Source of the DNA: Eutreptiella sp. 'Long Island Sound 2002'
Taxonomy: Eukaryota; Protista; Euglenida
NCBI GenBank assembly: GCA_964036045.1
Contig: OZ038379.1
Span: forward strand, 65,596,001 to 65,660,000
Length of the DNA: 64,000 nt
Direction of reading: 5' to 3'
In this document: piece by piece, positions 51,101 through 63,009 of the stretch
How positions within the stretch are numbered: the stretch's first letter is position 1
How the letters are laid out: every line of letters starts with the position of its first letter
Position numbers and translations under genes: made by a program
The notes under the pieces: model-generated
The model's database searches: none
Told to the model about the DNA's origin: nothing
The model's input: only the letters and a program-made list of their open reading frames with translations

Positions 51101-54100
51101 CTTATGGCATGGTGTAACTCTGATCCCATGGCCGCCTCAGGAGCCCACCCCCCTGAGGTTCCCAGTGTGGCTGGGAATACCCAAGCCGATGATACCCTAC
51201 CCTCTATTGTGGGAAGGGGCGGTGCGAACTGTCGGATCACACCTGGGCCGCATACCCAACTGTTCGGAGGTGCCCGACACCCCCCCCCCCACGGGAACCC
51301 CGGGAACCGCCCCCCCCCCCCCCGGGAACCGCCCTCCCCGGCGCCCCTCCTAGACCCCCCCCTCCAACCGCCCCCCCCCCCCCCCCTAGGGGCCTTCGGC
51401 CAACAGTTAGTTGGGGGGGTAGTTGGCGTCCAGGACCGAGGGGTCGCCCCCCCCGTGGGATTCGGGCCGCTAGTGATGTCCACCGTTGAGCCATGTGGTT
51501 TTGCCTCAATGGTCCCGATGATGGGGCTTGCCTTGTCACTATTGATTTGGAGGCCAAACTCATTGAGCAAGTGCATCACCTTCAAAGTGAATGCACAAAT
51601 TGTATAGAGGGCGTGCTGCGCCAGTTGGAGTGTATACTTATAGGTGATGGCAAGCTCATGAGGGTTACAAACGGGGGAGGCAAATGTTGGGAAGGATGTA
51701 GGGACTGCAAGGGACTTCACCATGTGGATGAATGACCCACGCAGGTCCAATGGGCTGCTTTTTGAAGGGACATCAGAGGTAGAGCAGGGGACGTGGAGCA
51801 CGGCATGTGCTGTTTTGTGAACATGTTCAAGAAACGGCTGATAAGCAACCTTGCAGAGTGGGTGCAAGGTGTGACACGTATTAGGAATATTACGGCCAGC
51901 TTTGTAGATATTTGGGATGATTTGCAAGATGACGCAAAAAGCACTGCCACTTTCTTTGGTGTAGGGGCCCATATTTTCGCTTGCGTTGTGTTCCCACAGG
52001 GTAGTGAGGTGGGATTGGGCACATCCCCGAAGCGCTCACACCCCCGCTGGAGTCCCCTACTAGAATTGGTTCTACCACTCGAACCTCCCGTCGGAAACCC
52101 CATAGGAACAGGTTTTAGCGTTAAAACCCCCCCCGAAGAGCCCCAACCCGAACCCCTGCCAGAACCCTACTAGAACCGCTTACGGCGGAAATGGGGGGAT
52201 TGCAAACGACCCGCCTCGGGGTTAAGCTGGTGAAATCAACTTGAGATGCCAACATTTGACAAACGATGAAGGAGTTTTGACCCACCAGAGGTGGGGTTTG
52301 ACCCCGTTACCGCCAAGTTTTAAAAAACCCGCCAGAACCCCCTGTTTTGGCCTGGTGCTTCCGGCGGGACACCCCATAGATTGCTATGCATCCCACTATT
52401 TGGTCATGTGACACTGTGTACTTATGCGGTTAACAAGCCCTCAACGTATGTGTTGGATTGTATAGGTAGCTATACAATGGATGGAGGGTTTTCCTTAGAG
52501 GTCTTCGGGGGTATTATGTATTTGACGCTCCAGGATTTGTTTTTGACAATTCTGCGTGGGACACTCGCGGTGGGAGTGGGAATTTTACAAGCCAAGTATG
52601 TGGACTACGGCGTGCACCAATGACACGGCGCTTGCACGGTGCTGTTCAACACACATCAATCACTCAAAAGACTTGTGCACTCCCCCGTTGTGAGTGGCCC
52701 CCTTTTGTATAGGTGCATCCAACTTGTGGTGCCTCACACACCAACGTTTTCAACCAAGGGCTGCAGATCCCTTGGATGGTGTCCCTGTGTCTAGATATGT
52801 GTGCAAAATTTGAGCCACTTCGGTGCTTGTAGCTATTCCATACCCTGCACCCATGTGCGTGCCATGTAATAAGGCAAAGCTTTTGTGGGAATGTGACGAG
52901 GAATGTCAAGTCATCGTTTGCTTTAGAAATTTGTATCGATGCCGCCTTGCACCGAAACTCCATTCACCCAAGCGATCACTCAATTGCACAACCATGGCCG
53001 CTCTACTCCTTAACACCCCATTGACTATTTTCCCAAGGGAACCCTTGCCGGGTGCTGTACAACAGCGCCTATGAACAGCTGCCTACAGGTGGCACAGGGC
53101 TTTTGTACCTGGCCGTTGCTACCTGGATCTTATTGTTGGAGCGAGTTGCGACCCACAACATTCGTGCCCCACTTAAGCCCACGATGATACATTGGGGGAG
53201 CACCTAACGCGGCGCGCGCCTGGTGTGGAGATTTAGCAGTCTGGCCTAACCAAGCAGCCGCAGCTTCTGCCCTTGGGGCCCCTTGTCTAGGGCTTTTGAG
53301 CCTAGTCCGTGATACTCTTGAGTTGAATTGAGTTGAGTTTGCGCTAAGTTGTTCCATCAAACCGCTCATGCTTTGAGCGCCAAATCGCGCAAGACGAGGC
53401 GCCATCCAAATGTCGTTTGTTGCTCTTTGAAGATCCCGCCCTTGAAGCTCAGTGGTACCCAAGGGTTATCTCTCCTTAGGGGGCATTTTGGGAGGTGTGT
53501 CAAAGCCAGGCCTTACGGGTACACACGTTGGAAAAGTAGCCCGCAACGCAAATACTCCCCCATCGGAAGCAATCTCTATTGTGGTTTGCAGAAATTGTTC
53601 GTGCATTCGCACATACTAATACCTCAGAGCCATGAGTGTGTGTGTTGTGTGTCGTGGTCCAATGTGGCCTTCTTTTCTAAGCACCCATTACTATGTCACT
53701 GTGCCAATGCAATGATAAGAAGTGGTCCACGAAAGCCCCATTATAGCGTCCTCCTCTCCAAGTCAAGGGCCAATTTGCCCGATGTTGACCCCACCCCCCT
53801 CACCATCACCATCCACCCACTACACCCCCGCACCATCTGCTGCTCCAAGTCTCCAAGACACCCCCCCCCCCCCCGCAAGCACAGTAACTTGAACCCCCCT
53901 CTGATGCCCACTAGATTGACATGGCGGCCTTGCTAGAGGCACTCATGTCAATCCCATTACCACCACCTAGACCCCCCAAAGCTGGTCTCCATAGAGAAGC
54001 CTCCCCCCCAAGAGCAACTTTGCGGCGGTTTCGGGACAATAGCGTTCAAAGGACCAATTTTTTGTGGAGGCACTCTTTGGGCGGGGAGCCATGTACGGGC

Positions 54101-55039
54101 TTGCCATGGTGAACCCCAACAAGAGCCCCTGTTGCTGTGATAGCAAGGGCTGCGCGTGAGACGCTACCATTTCCTCACGAGGGATGTGGGGCACACGGCA
54201 GTCATATTCGACACCCCGAGAGATGCCCGGGAACGCAACCTCACCCCCATGTCCCTCCTTCTTGACCCCTCCCAATCCCTACCGAAGAGCCGCCCGCCCT
54301 TACCCAAATCCAACCACCATTGGCGACCTTCACCAGCCGCCCAGATTTCTCTCAGCATGGCTTTTTGCTACCCCAAGTATTGCTCCCTTCCACAACCTCC
54401 GAGGGCACATCCCACAATTTGGCCTGCTATTCAAGTACTCAACAAGTGAAAAGTGAAGAACAAGAAGCTAAAAGGTGTTTCTCAACACCACCAAGCCTAG
54501 GATGAACATATCCATGCGGGTGATGCAGTGGTAAAGCAAAGGCTACCAAAGCGGTACCTCAGCATGAATTCAAGCATGCTTGAGGCCGTCAGGGATGGTA
54601 ATGATGCTGCTCCTACTACCGCGAACACCACTGGCCCTATTGATGCCCCCCCAGAAGATTTGTTTGGAATACTGAACGTGTATGAAGGCAATGATTCCAG
54701 TTTTGCAGTAGCGCTTGCTCCAGCCCACACTGTGTCTAGTGAGAGGCGATTCCCCCCAATTTTTTTCGGGGATGGGTTTTTTTGAAACCCTCTGAATTGG
54801 AATGCCCCCTTCCCCCGCAAGGCCCTCCATGCTCCAAGATGCTGTGGGTGAAGTTAGACTAGGACCTGGGACTGGCCAAACGTTGTGTTCACTGGGGCAG
54901 TGTTTAGAGGACGGCTTGTGCTTACACGCGGGTAGTGCTTGGAGAAAACAACGACTTTGATGCCAACAAAAGTGGCAGCAACAGCAAGAGAACGAGCCTG
55001 AGTCAAGTGTATTCCTCTGCCATGGTATTGCCCCTTTAG

Positions 55040-55380
55040 GATGCCCATCTTTCCCTCATATCCTGCCTTCCTGTTGATGTTGCTGCTGCTGCAGTTGCAA
55101 ATTGCAGTGGCTGTGTTGTTGCTGTTACTGACACTGCTACTCCTTTTAGATTTGTTTGTGCGGTTGTTATTGTTATTTTTATTGCGGGTGCTGTTACCCC
55201 TGCTGTGGCTTCTTGTTTTGTTTTCTACGTCTTTTTGTTCTGTCCTGTTGCCGTTGTGGCTGCTGCTGCTGCGCAATTTGTCATCGCTGTTGCTGTTTCT
55301 GTTGCTGCTGTGCTGTCGCAATTTATTTTGTGGTTTAGGTTGCTGTTGCTGTTATTATCACAGCTGCTGCTTTTAAATTT
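55040..55380. repeat. Degenerate TGC/TTG trinucleotide low-complexity tract
   Basis: Repeated TGCTGCTG/TTGTTG units give poly-L, poly-C or poly-N/S pseudo-ORFs. Confidence 0.85.
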
Positions 55381-56149
55381 TGAGTCTGTTCTGCATAGTT
55401 CTAAGCATCTTTTTGCAAGTTCGGGTCCAGACCCCAATGAGAGTGGCCAGGACCCCATACACTGATTCACTCACTGCTCCTTAGGTCGAGGCGCCGTAAC
55501 AAAGGATCCCACTGGAAAGGACTTCCCCTGGAAGTCAGGAAGTAAGGCGGATGATAAGAAAGGCAAGGATGGCGGCAAGGAGACTCATGGCTTCAAAAAG
55601 TTCCTCGGGGACATCAAAGGGATGTTCCACAAAAAGTAGCAAGAATCTGCATTTACTGAGGTGTTGGCTTTTGATGCGCTTGATGAAGAACATGGAGTCT
55701 CAAGGCCTGTGATGTACTGTCCGCACCCTGGGGCCAGGTGGGCAAGGGTTGGTGGCACACAGGCACACCCACCCTTCCCCTGCATTGCATTGTATTGCTG
55801 GCAGGTCAGGATTATAAATGACACCTGGGCTCTCATTGGCCCTGAAGATGTCGCGGTCAAACTGGGGAAGTGAGTCAGCTCCATGGCGACAATAGGGACA
55901 GCACCACACAATTTCGGGATTGTGGCTGAGCAAATGAGGTTGATGGTTTTCTGTATGATGGTGTGCGCTGTTGTTTAGGCAGCAAGGGGGAAGATGCACA
56001 GCACATTGTGATGCTTGCGGGGGTCATCTTTTGTAGATGCCCACTCCGCATTTCAAATCTGTGAATGTTTGGTTAATGACCCAATAGAAGTGGTGTCACG
56101 ACTCGGGGCTCTTCAATTCTCAACAATGGGGGTTTGTGCAGGGTTGATG

Positions 56150-56207
56150 CAACAACAACGACAGCAGCAACAACAGCAATAACAACAGCAACAACAACAA
56201 CACCAGC

Positions 56208-56263
<56 letters not shown>

Positions 56264-56264
56264 C
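56150..56264 (+). repeat. (CAA/CAG)n trinucleotide microsatellite
   Basis: Direct reading. Confidence 0.98.
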
Positions 56265-57029
56265 CGTGACCAATTTCTGCAAAGCACAGCGCTAGGGCAT
56301 GGTTGATGCTTTTCCCTTTGTCCCCTTGAAGCAAGTGATTCCACCCCTCCCCCCCCACCCACCCCACCACCACCCGTTAGCCAATTGGGCCCAAACCCTC
56401 GACTACAACCCGTCCTCTGGCCTGAGCTCATGGAAGATGCCTGTTTTTCAATGTCTCCATCCCCCCTTCTTCCTGGGCTTTGGTAGTGCATGTGGTGCAA
56501 CAAGTTATTCAAGCCCTACTTCACTCTCAGGACTGATGCCACAGCTCCCATGGGTACGCGTCTGTTTTGCCTCTTTGGAATGGTATGGAAGTAATGCCCC
56601 CAAATGTGAGGAGGACCATATGTCTCTGTCGGGTCCTGTGCTGGTTACCATTGCGAGGGAATTGTTTGTCCCCTGACCAGTCAAGAGCAGTGGGCTATCT
56701 ACAGCAGTCTTTCTGTTTTTTGCCGCAGGAACCCCCTTTCAAGTAGTGCGTGCAGGCTGCAAAACAACGACCTGCCGCAACGTTCTAAAACATGGCCCCT
56801 CTGTTTCACTCCTGCGGTCAGCACAGGTTGATGTGTCCCAGGATTGGGCATGTACACGGTGAAATGTGCCAGCTTGGTGCGTCTCATGCATCCAAAATAT
56901 GGTTTGTCCTGTGTGCATGCTATGTATTGGGTGGAAAGATGCAGGTTTGTTGCCTGCTCTGCGTGGTTTTGGAGACTCTTGAGAGTGTTGTGTGTCATGC
57001 GTAATGTGCATGGGGATGGGGTACTAGGT

Positions 57030-57650
57030 GTCAAGCGTAAGTCGCTTATTTTTTTTCTATTTGGCGTAAGTCGCTTTTTTTTCCAGGCGTAAGTCGAGTG
57101 TGGAAAAAAAAAACTCGAAAATGTATGCTACGCGACTTACACTTTTTTTGTGACGCGACCAACACCTAAAAAAAAGTTTCGCGACTTACGCTTTTTTTTT
57201 TTAATAAAAAAGCGAGCTATGCTTTCTTTGATACGCTACCTACGCTTTTTTTTTTTATATCACACCTACGGGAAAAATAAATACATAAGACAGTTACGCT
57301 TTTTTGTATAAAAAAGCGAGGTACACTTTTTTCGTTCCGCGACCTACGCTTTTTTTGATGCGCGACCTACGATTTTTTTTTTATATGCGACCTACAGCAA
57401 CAAGAAAATAAATAAGCAAGTTACGCTTTTTTTTTCAACAAAAAGCGAGCTACGCTTTTTTTGATACGTGAGTAAAGGCAAACAAAATAAGCGAGTTACG
57501 CCTTTTTTTCTATAAAACAAGCGAGGTGCGCTTTTTTCGTTAAGCGACCCACGGTTTTTTGATACGCCACCTACAGCCAAAAAAAAAAGGAAGTAAGCGA
57601 GTTGGGCTTTTTTTCTTTTCAGCAAAAAGCGCGCTACGCTTTCTTGGTTG
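57030..57650. repeat. Array of short A-tract/T-tract hairpin motifs (AAAAAGCG-n5-CGCTTTTT)
   Basis: For example AAAAAGCGAGCTACGCTTTTT at 57440-57460; more than a dozen (C/T)TACGC-T-tract units. Confidence 0.9.
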
Positions 57651-57732
57651 TGGGGGGGCGCCTCAAGCGCAGTGCGCGCGCAGTGCAACTATTTGGGCGT
57701 CTGGCCGTACTAGAGACCCATACTTTGAGATA

Positions 57733-58569
57733 CTAGCCCCCCCCCCCCCATGCCAACGGACCCCCATGCCAATGCCCCCCCCCCTCTCGAAGGAAGAAAC
57801 ATGGCCCGCCTTGCTAATGGACCCCCCCTCTCGAAAGAAGAAACATGGTCCCCCCTCAGAATTTTTTCACCAAATTGCACACTAATTGCCCTTTTTTGCC
57901 TAGTTTCCTGAGTGTGACATTGTCTGTCTCCTGCCTAATTCTCCACTTTGCTTTGCTCTCACAGAATTTGACTATTGTTGTGCCCCAAAGCAAATAAAGG
58001 GGCTAGTTCGGGTCTTTTGATTGTTGCAGTCCTAAATGCACAGATACAGACACACACACAACCACAAAAACCATTTCAAGCATCATCATTTCAATACCAT
58101 GCATTGGTATCCTCTGCAGGCACAGATCCAGGTTTGCCTTTTCGGCCACACGATATATCGGGTGACTGTACTGCGCCCTGCAGCACTGATGCAGAGACCG
58201 GGTTATGAACCCGAGAGCCTTATTGCTACTCAGCGCACGCCTGTTGCAAAAAAAAAAAAGAAAAGTGGTATAAAAGCATGAAAAAATTGCAAAAGGTTTG
58301 CTTACGTGAGCTCCACAACCACCACAAAGATGCAAGAGGTACCATGCATGGGTCCCCACCATGTTTACACCAATGGCACAAGCTAGAAAATGCATATACA
58401 AAGAACTTTTTTTGATTTTTTACAAGAACTCGAGTCAATGGACCCCCCGTGCCTGTGTCAATGGACCCCCCCCTCCGAAAGAAGAAACATGGCCCCCGTT
58501 GCCAATGCCCCCCCCCTCCCTCTCGAAATAAGAATCATGGCCCGGGCCATTGACACGGGGGGGGGGTGG
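57733..58569. mobile_element. MITE-like element (~840 bp) inserted into a 170-bp-family repeat
   Basis: Left CCCCCCCCCCATGCCAACGGACCC versus reverse complement of the right end CCCCCCCCCCGTGTCAATGGCCC; TA on both sides (57731-57732, 58570-58571); internal CTCTCGAA.GAAGAAACATGG repeats. The flanks join to give the sequence seen uninterrupted at 49158-49230. Confidence 0.7.
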
Positions 58570-58571
58570 TA

Positions 58572-58860
58572 CGGGCATCATGGTGACCCCTAGCGGAGGT
58601 TTTGACTTCTGATTTTGTCCGCCAGTGTTTGGGGACCCCCGAGAGTGCAGGGGTGACGTAGCATTTCCGCCCTCTTTTGGCCCCAATCTTCTGGGGCTAT
58701 TGAGGAAACCGTGACAATCTTAGAATCCACGCTTTGATTCTAGGAGCATCATGGTGACCCGTAGCGTAGACTTTGACTTCTCATTTTGTTCTTTTTGTTG
58801 GGGACCCCCGAGAATGCAGCGGACGTAGGATTTCTGCCCTCTTTTGGAATCCGGTACGGA
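58572..58860 (+). repeat. Two diverged partial copies of the 170-bp repeat family
   Basis: CATCATGGTGACCC...TTTTGACTTCT.ATTTTGT...GGGGACCCCCGAGA.TGCAG occurs twice. Confidence 0.9.
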
Positions 58861-61800
58861 GTTGCATGAGCACGTGCCTGTACTCTTGCATTTGCAGCAA
58901 TTTTTCATTCGAAGACAAGTACGGTACCGTCCATATGGTCCGTGGGAACACGTACTCACTAAGGAAGGTCTGTAGGACCAGCCCCTGCCATAGTGCGAGC
59001 TCTACCGCCTATACCCGATTTCTCCACCCTCTTCCCCGTGACTCCCATCGTCCTTGACCTCACCAATGCTTCCATGTTTCACAAAATATAAAGTCCAAAA
59101 TTCCTCCAATTACCTTTGACAACCCTTGACCACAAAATCCAAACAAATCCCGTAGGTACACCTGTTTCCAACCTTTGCAATAAGAGCCAAACACTTGATC
59201 AATGAATTCGAATGACCAATGAAGTCCAAACAATCGATCACCAAAATGGATTGAGTGTACCCACATCAATACGTGGACATGATCATGGAGAGGGGAACAG
59301 ATAAGACAATGTCGGGCAAACGGGGAGGAAGAAACAAAGGTAAAAGTGAAGCCCTGGGATAAGATATGCGATTATCGAAGACGATGTTACATCCTTACTC
59401 CAGGAATCGATTTTATGTACCATGCACAATCGAACTACGGACATATGACACCATGCGAACACAACCTCGGTTCAACACATTAAAGAAAATGACATTGATT
59501 CACGGGGGTCATGCGCGACAAAATGACATCAATGACCATATTCTACATGGCAAAACACAAAGACATGATACACGACACAATGGCATCATCGGATTCAACA
59601 TAAGCTTGGCCCACATGGCCCATCCTCACCCTTGCCTACAAGACGGCAAAAACTGGAATTGAGAAACATGAGCTCCAAATATGAGGAATGTCCCACCGTG
59701 GATCAAGTGTGACACCATTGCCTCTATGAACACAAAGTACGGCATGGCCACATACATGACTTGTCCACACTCATGAATCACCAATGATCACAAGTAAAGA
59801 GATTGCAATGAGGATCACCAGAGATGAATCAGGAGAGTGACCTTATGGCAATACGTGACACCTGGCATGTGTGACACATCACGTATCTCATCATGCAGGG
59901 AATGCTTCGGTACTTGGCACCGAACGCTGGCTGCCTATCACTCAGCAATAACATACACAATGGCCATCAGGTGAATGACCTTGGGGAATTTGCTTGCTGC
60001 TCGTCAACAAGGCATCAAGAAGGGCCAGCCCACCAAACCTCACGTGTTCAGTGTATGCTACAAACCAATTGCCGGGCTCCTGCGGTTAGAGTATCGCAAA
60101 CCACAGGCATAAATAGAGAAACCAACGCACAACATATGTTTCATGCGTCCACATCCTTGGACATGCCACTCGGTCCCATCACTTGGTGCCTAATTGCTTG
60201 CGACCCGATGGCATAGGCAACCACAATCGTCATGTGCATTAGAAACCATCCACACATGGACATGTGAAATCAGTATTGCCTCTTTGCATGTTTGTGTGAC
60301 ACCGAACCAATTCAATGCATGCTACTTAGAGAGAGATGAAGCAAGAGTGCTTGGGTAAGAAGATGCCCCGGGTCACATGAAGAGGCTTAGAGCCGGCCTG
60401 CAGAGTGAGTGCACATGAAGAGATATCCAGGGTTCAATGAGAGCACATTTGACACATGGTGAGATTGTCCTATCCCAAGGAGTAATTGTCCCGCCTCCAA
60501 GAGAGATGGTCCCGCCACAATCCAGGCCAAGACAGTGATGGTCCCGCGCCAGTTGATGCCCTGAGAGAGAGACCCTCACCAATCCATGCCCTAGGAGAGA
60601 GAGCCCAACCAGTCCATGGCCGAAGAGAGATAAGCTCACCAAAACCCCCTTACAAGCGCATAGCCTAGCCATGACCCATGGGAGCATGCATATGGAGAGA
60701 GACTGCCTCCTAGCCATGACCAGTGAGAGGATCTATGCAGTTGAAGTGAGAATCTCCGACATTGATTGAGGATTATCCCTACACCCAATTGCCAAATCAA
60801 ATGAGCTATCCTCATGCCATATTGCAAGTTCACAAAGGAGGGATAATGGATCACCAAACGTGTTTGACCAAACATATGAAATCATCATGAAGACACTTCT
60901 TGGAGCTCAATGGAGTAAAACGGCAACATGCAAATGAGAGGTTAGCATCAAAGGTCAGCACGAGTGCAACTCCCCACCTTTAGCATTTCCACGCATTGCA
61001 CGTGCACACAGTATGTACCACAAACACCATCTCGATGCAAACATTGATTTATCATCATTCACACACAAAGGAAATAATGGACAAAGAAGAGAAATAGAGG
61101 GCATTCATGGCGGAGCAACGACCGACTTACTTTCTTTCCGCCCGGTGCGCCCTACCTCAGCCACTTGCACTTCAACTCCTCTTCCACTAGGGCTCCTCCA
61201 GCTTCAAGGGACTTGTGATCCCCAATACACGTAGGCGTGGCACTGCCGAAGCAGATGTGCCCATTAACGTGTACTAGTCCCCTCAAGGGCAACAGCCGGT
61301 GTGGGCAGAGGCACTAGTGCAGGGTTTAGCCAAAACGTAATTCCGGGCCTTCTATCATCCACTGGAGTTGCCCTAGCTTCCAATTCGTATCCATTTCCGC
61401 AACAGGATAGAATCTAACACTATTAGGACCCATTGGGAAGAATTTCAAGACGATTGCCCCGCATTCAGGAACCAAGAGCATGCGCACACGACGAGGAACA
61501 CGAGAAGGGCGCGCACACATACAGCAGGCCTGGTCTGAACCAGAAATACGAAATCCTCCATCCTGTGGTTTATAAATAGTGCCATTTCGGAATTCTCCTG
61601 AATTTATACAAGAAATAGCTGAAATCGCGTCAAACATAGAACAGTGCAGCCAATTGGGATCCGAACCGGCTTCACCCCCCTTCCCAATGCATTGTCACCA
61701 GCTCCCAAAGACATAAAGAGGACCGGAGGATCTCGGTAGTTCCCTTGGCGCCCCCCTCATTATGGGAGGGTACTACATACACCGTGGCCACCCGCCCAAG

Positions 61801-63009
61801 TAATCGGGGGGGGGGGGAAGAACTGAAAATAATGAACTCCCTTCTATCACCACTAAACCGAAAAGCATAGGCTCGGCAGATCAAAGATCGACAAAAGCAA
61901 CGTCGTCGACCGGTCTACATATAAAGACCACAAATAGATATAAGAGCTTGACATGCACCGCATGAACCCCTCACATGACCCGCACTCCCACCAAGAGACA
62001 TGAGAGTAATGGGATATTGGCATTCGGGGGTGAGTCATCATGCGTCATAGCAAGCGTAGACACAAACAATGCACATTTTGTTTATATTCGAAGAAAATTC
62101 TTCGGAAAACTTTTTTTTCTCTTCCAATTTTCCAAATTATTGGACTCTAGGGGCAAGATGAGGTCGAACGGACGTTGCCATCGCGTCCGGCTCGCAAAAA
62201 AATGGTCGTGGATCCGATCGGATGGTCCCAAGGTGCCCAAATTGCGGAGAAACAAGAAAACAATTTTCTACTAAAAATAGTAACATTTGTTATCAAAAAT
62301 ACCGCAGGCGGAAAATTGACATCCCCGAACTGAGGGACCCTGGCGGGAAACCGACCTCACCAATGAGACCGCAACACATATTGGGTGGCAGAGGATTTGG
62401 ACGAAACGCGAAACGGGGCCGGATGGATCAAGTTCTAAAAATAGAAATTTTGTTCCTAAAAGGAGAACAAGTGTACTAAAAATAGAACGTGGTGTGCCCA
62501 AAACAGAAATGACACTTGGGGAGGGGTTTAGCACATCTGGTGGTCCCCATTGCGCCCGGCAACCTCCCAATTGGGCAAGTTGCACCAAAAGGTGGAGAAA
62601 CTAAAGCAACAAAACATAGTGGATAAGGAGAGCAAAGCATATAGATATCAACTTCATATCCCCCGCAAACTCTGGAATTCCACCCAGAAGTCCACGAACG
62701 ATCCCATATAGCGGGGGTGTCGCTGCCGCTGATGCACTTACCAAAAGCTCTACCAAAAAAAAATAGGAAGAATGAGTGTGTCTTGACAAATATTGATCGG
62801 TGGGAATCTCCTGAGCAAGCCGCGACCGACCGTGCAGAAAAAAAAAGATGAACACAGTCCAAGACTGATCTTGGTTTCATATGCCCGTCTCATGTCGGGA
62901 AAATTGGGATGGGGGTACCTGGGAGGTAGGGAGCCATGGTATGTGCATAATATAAGTGCATAATATAAGCAAAAACAAACAATCATGTCAAGGGTGAAGG
63001 GAGAGTCAC

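Larger units (their letters stand above)
48864..51457. mobile_element. Non-autonomous TIR element (2594 bp) with 8-bp TSD GGATTCGG
   Basis: TSD at 48856-48863 and 51458-51465. Left TIR CCCGGGGGGGGCGACGCCGCGGGTCCTAGGACGCCAACTACCCCCCC versus reverse complement of the right end CACGGGGGGGGCGACCCCTCGGTCCTGGACGCCAACTACCCCCCC. No transposase inside. Confidence 0.92.
48256..51960 (+). pseudogene. RAG1-core/Transib-like transposase, family 2, split by a nested element (coding 48256-48863 and 51466-51960)
   Basis: Removing 48864-51457 plus one TSD copy restores the frame: IWVVMCPDATHLWRTSLTKCEVFVHCWDEGIR|AASDVHR*AMWFCLNGPDDGACLVTID...ECILIGDGKLMRVTNGGGKCWEGCRDC...DVEHGMCCFVN. Upstream RLRLSIRQPY. The C-terminal Glu region is missing. 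Confidence 0.68.

Noticed and set aside
51001-51972. 323-aa minus-strand ORF as a gene
   Set aside because: It is antisense to the family 2 transposase and runs across the insertion boundary into TIR and microsatellite sequence.
48093-52357. CAC...GTG as Transib-like termini of family 2
   Set aside because: The spacing to the first GGGGGTTCT motif differs between ends (9 versus 12 nt) and the flanks (TCGGG, CTTCC) show no TSD.
54854-55376. Leu-rich (membrane-like) and Asn/Ser-rich ORFs
   Set aside because: Translations of a degenerate trinucleotide tract.
57900-57925. TTTCCTGAGTGTG as a euglenid spliced-leader remnant
   Set aside because: Only partial similarity; the rest of the leader and the SL RNA context are absent.
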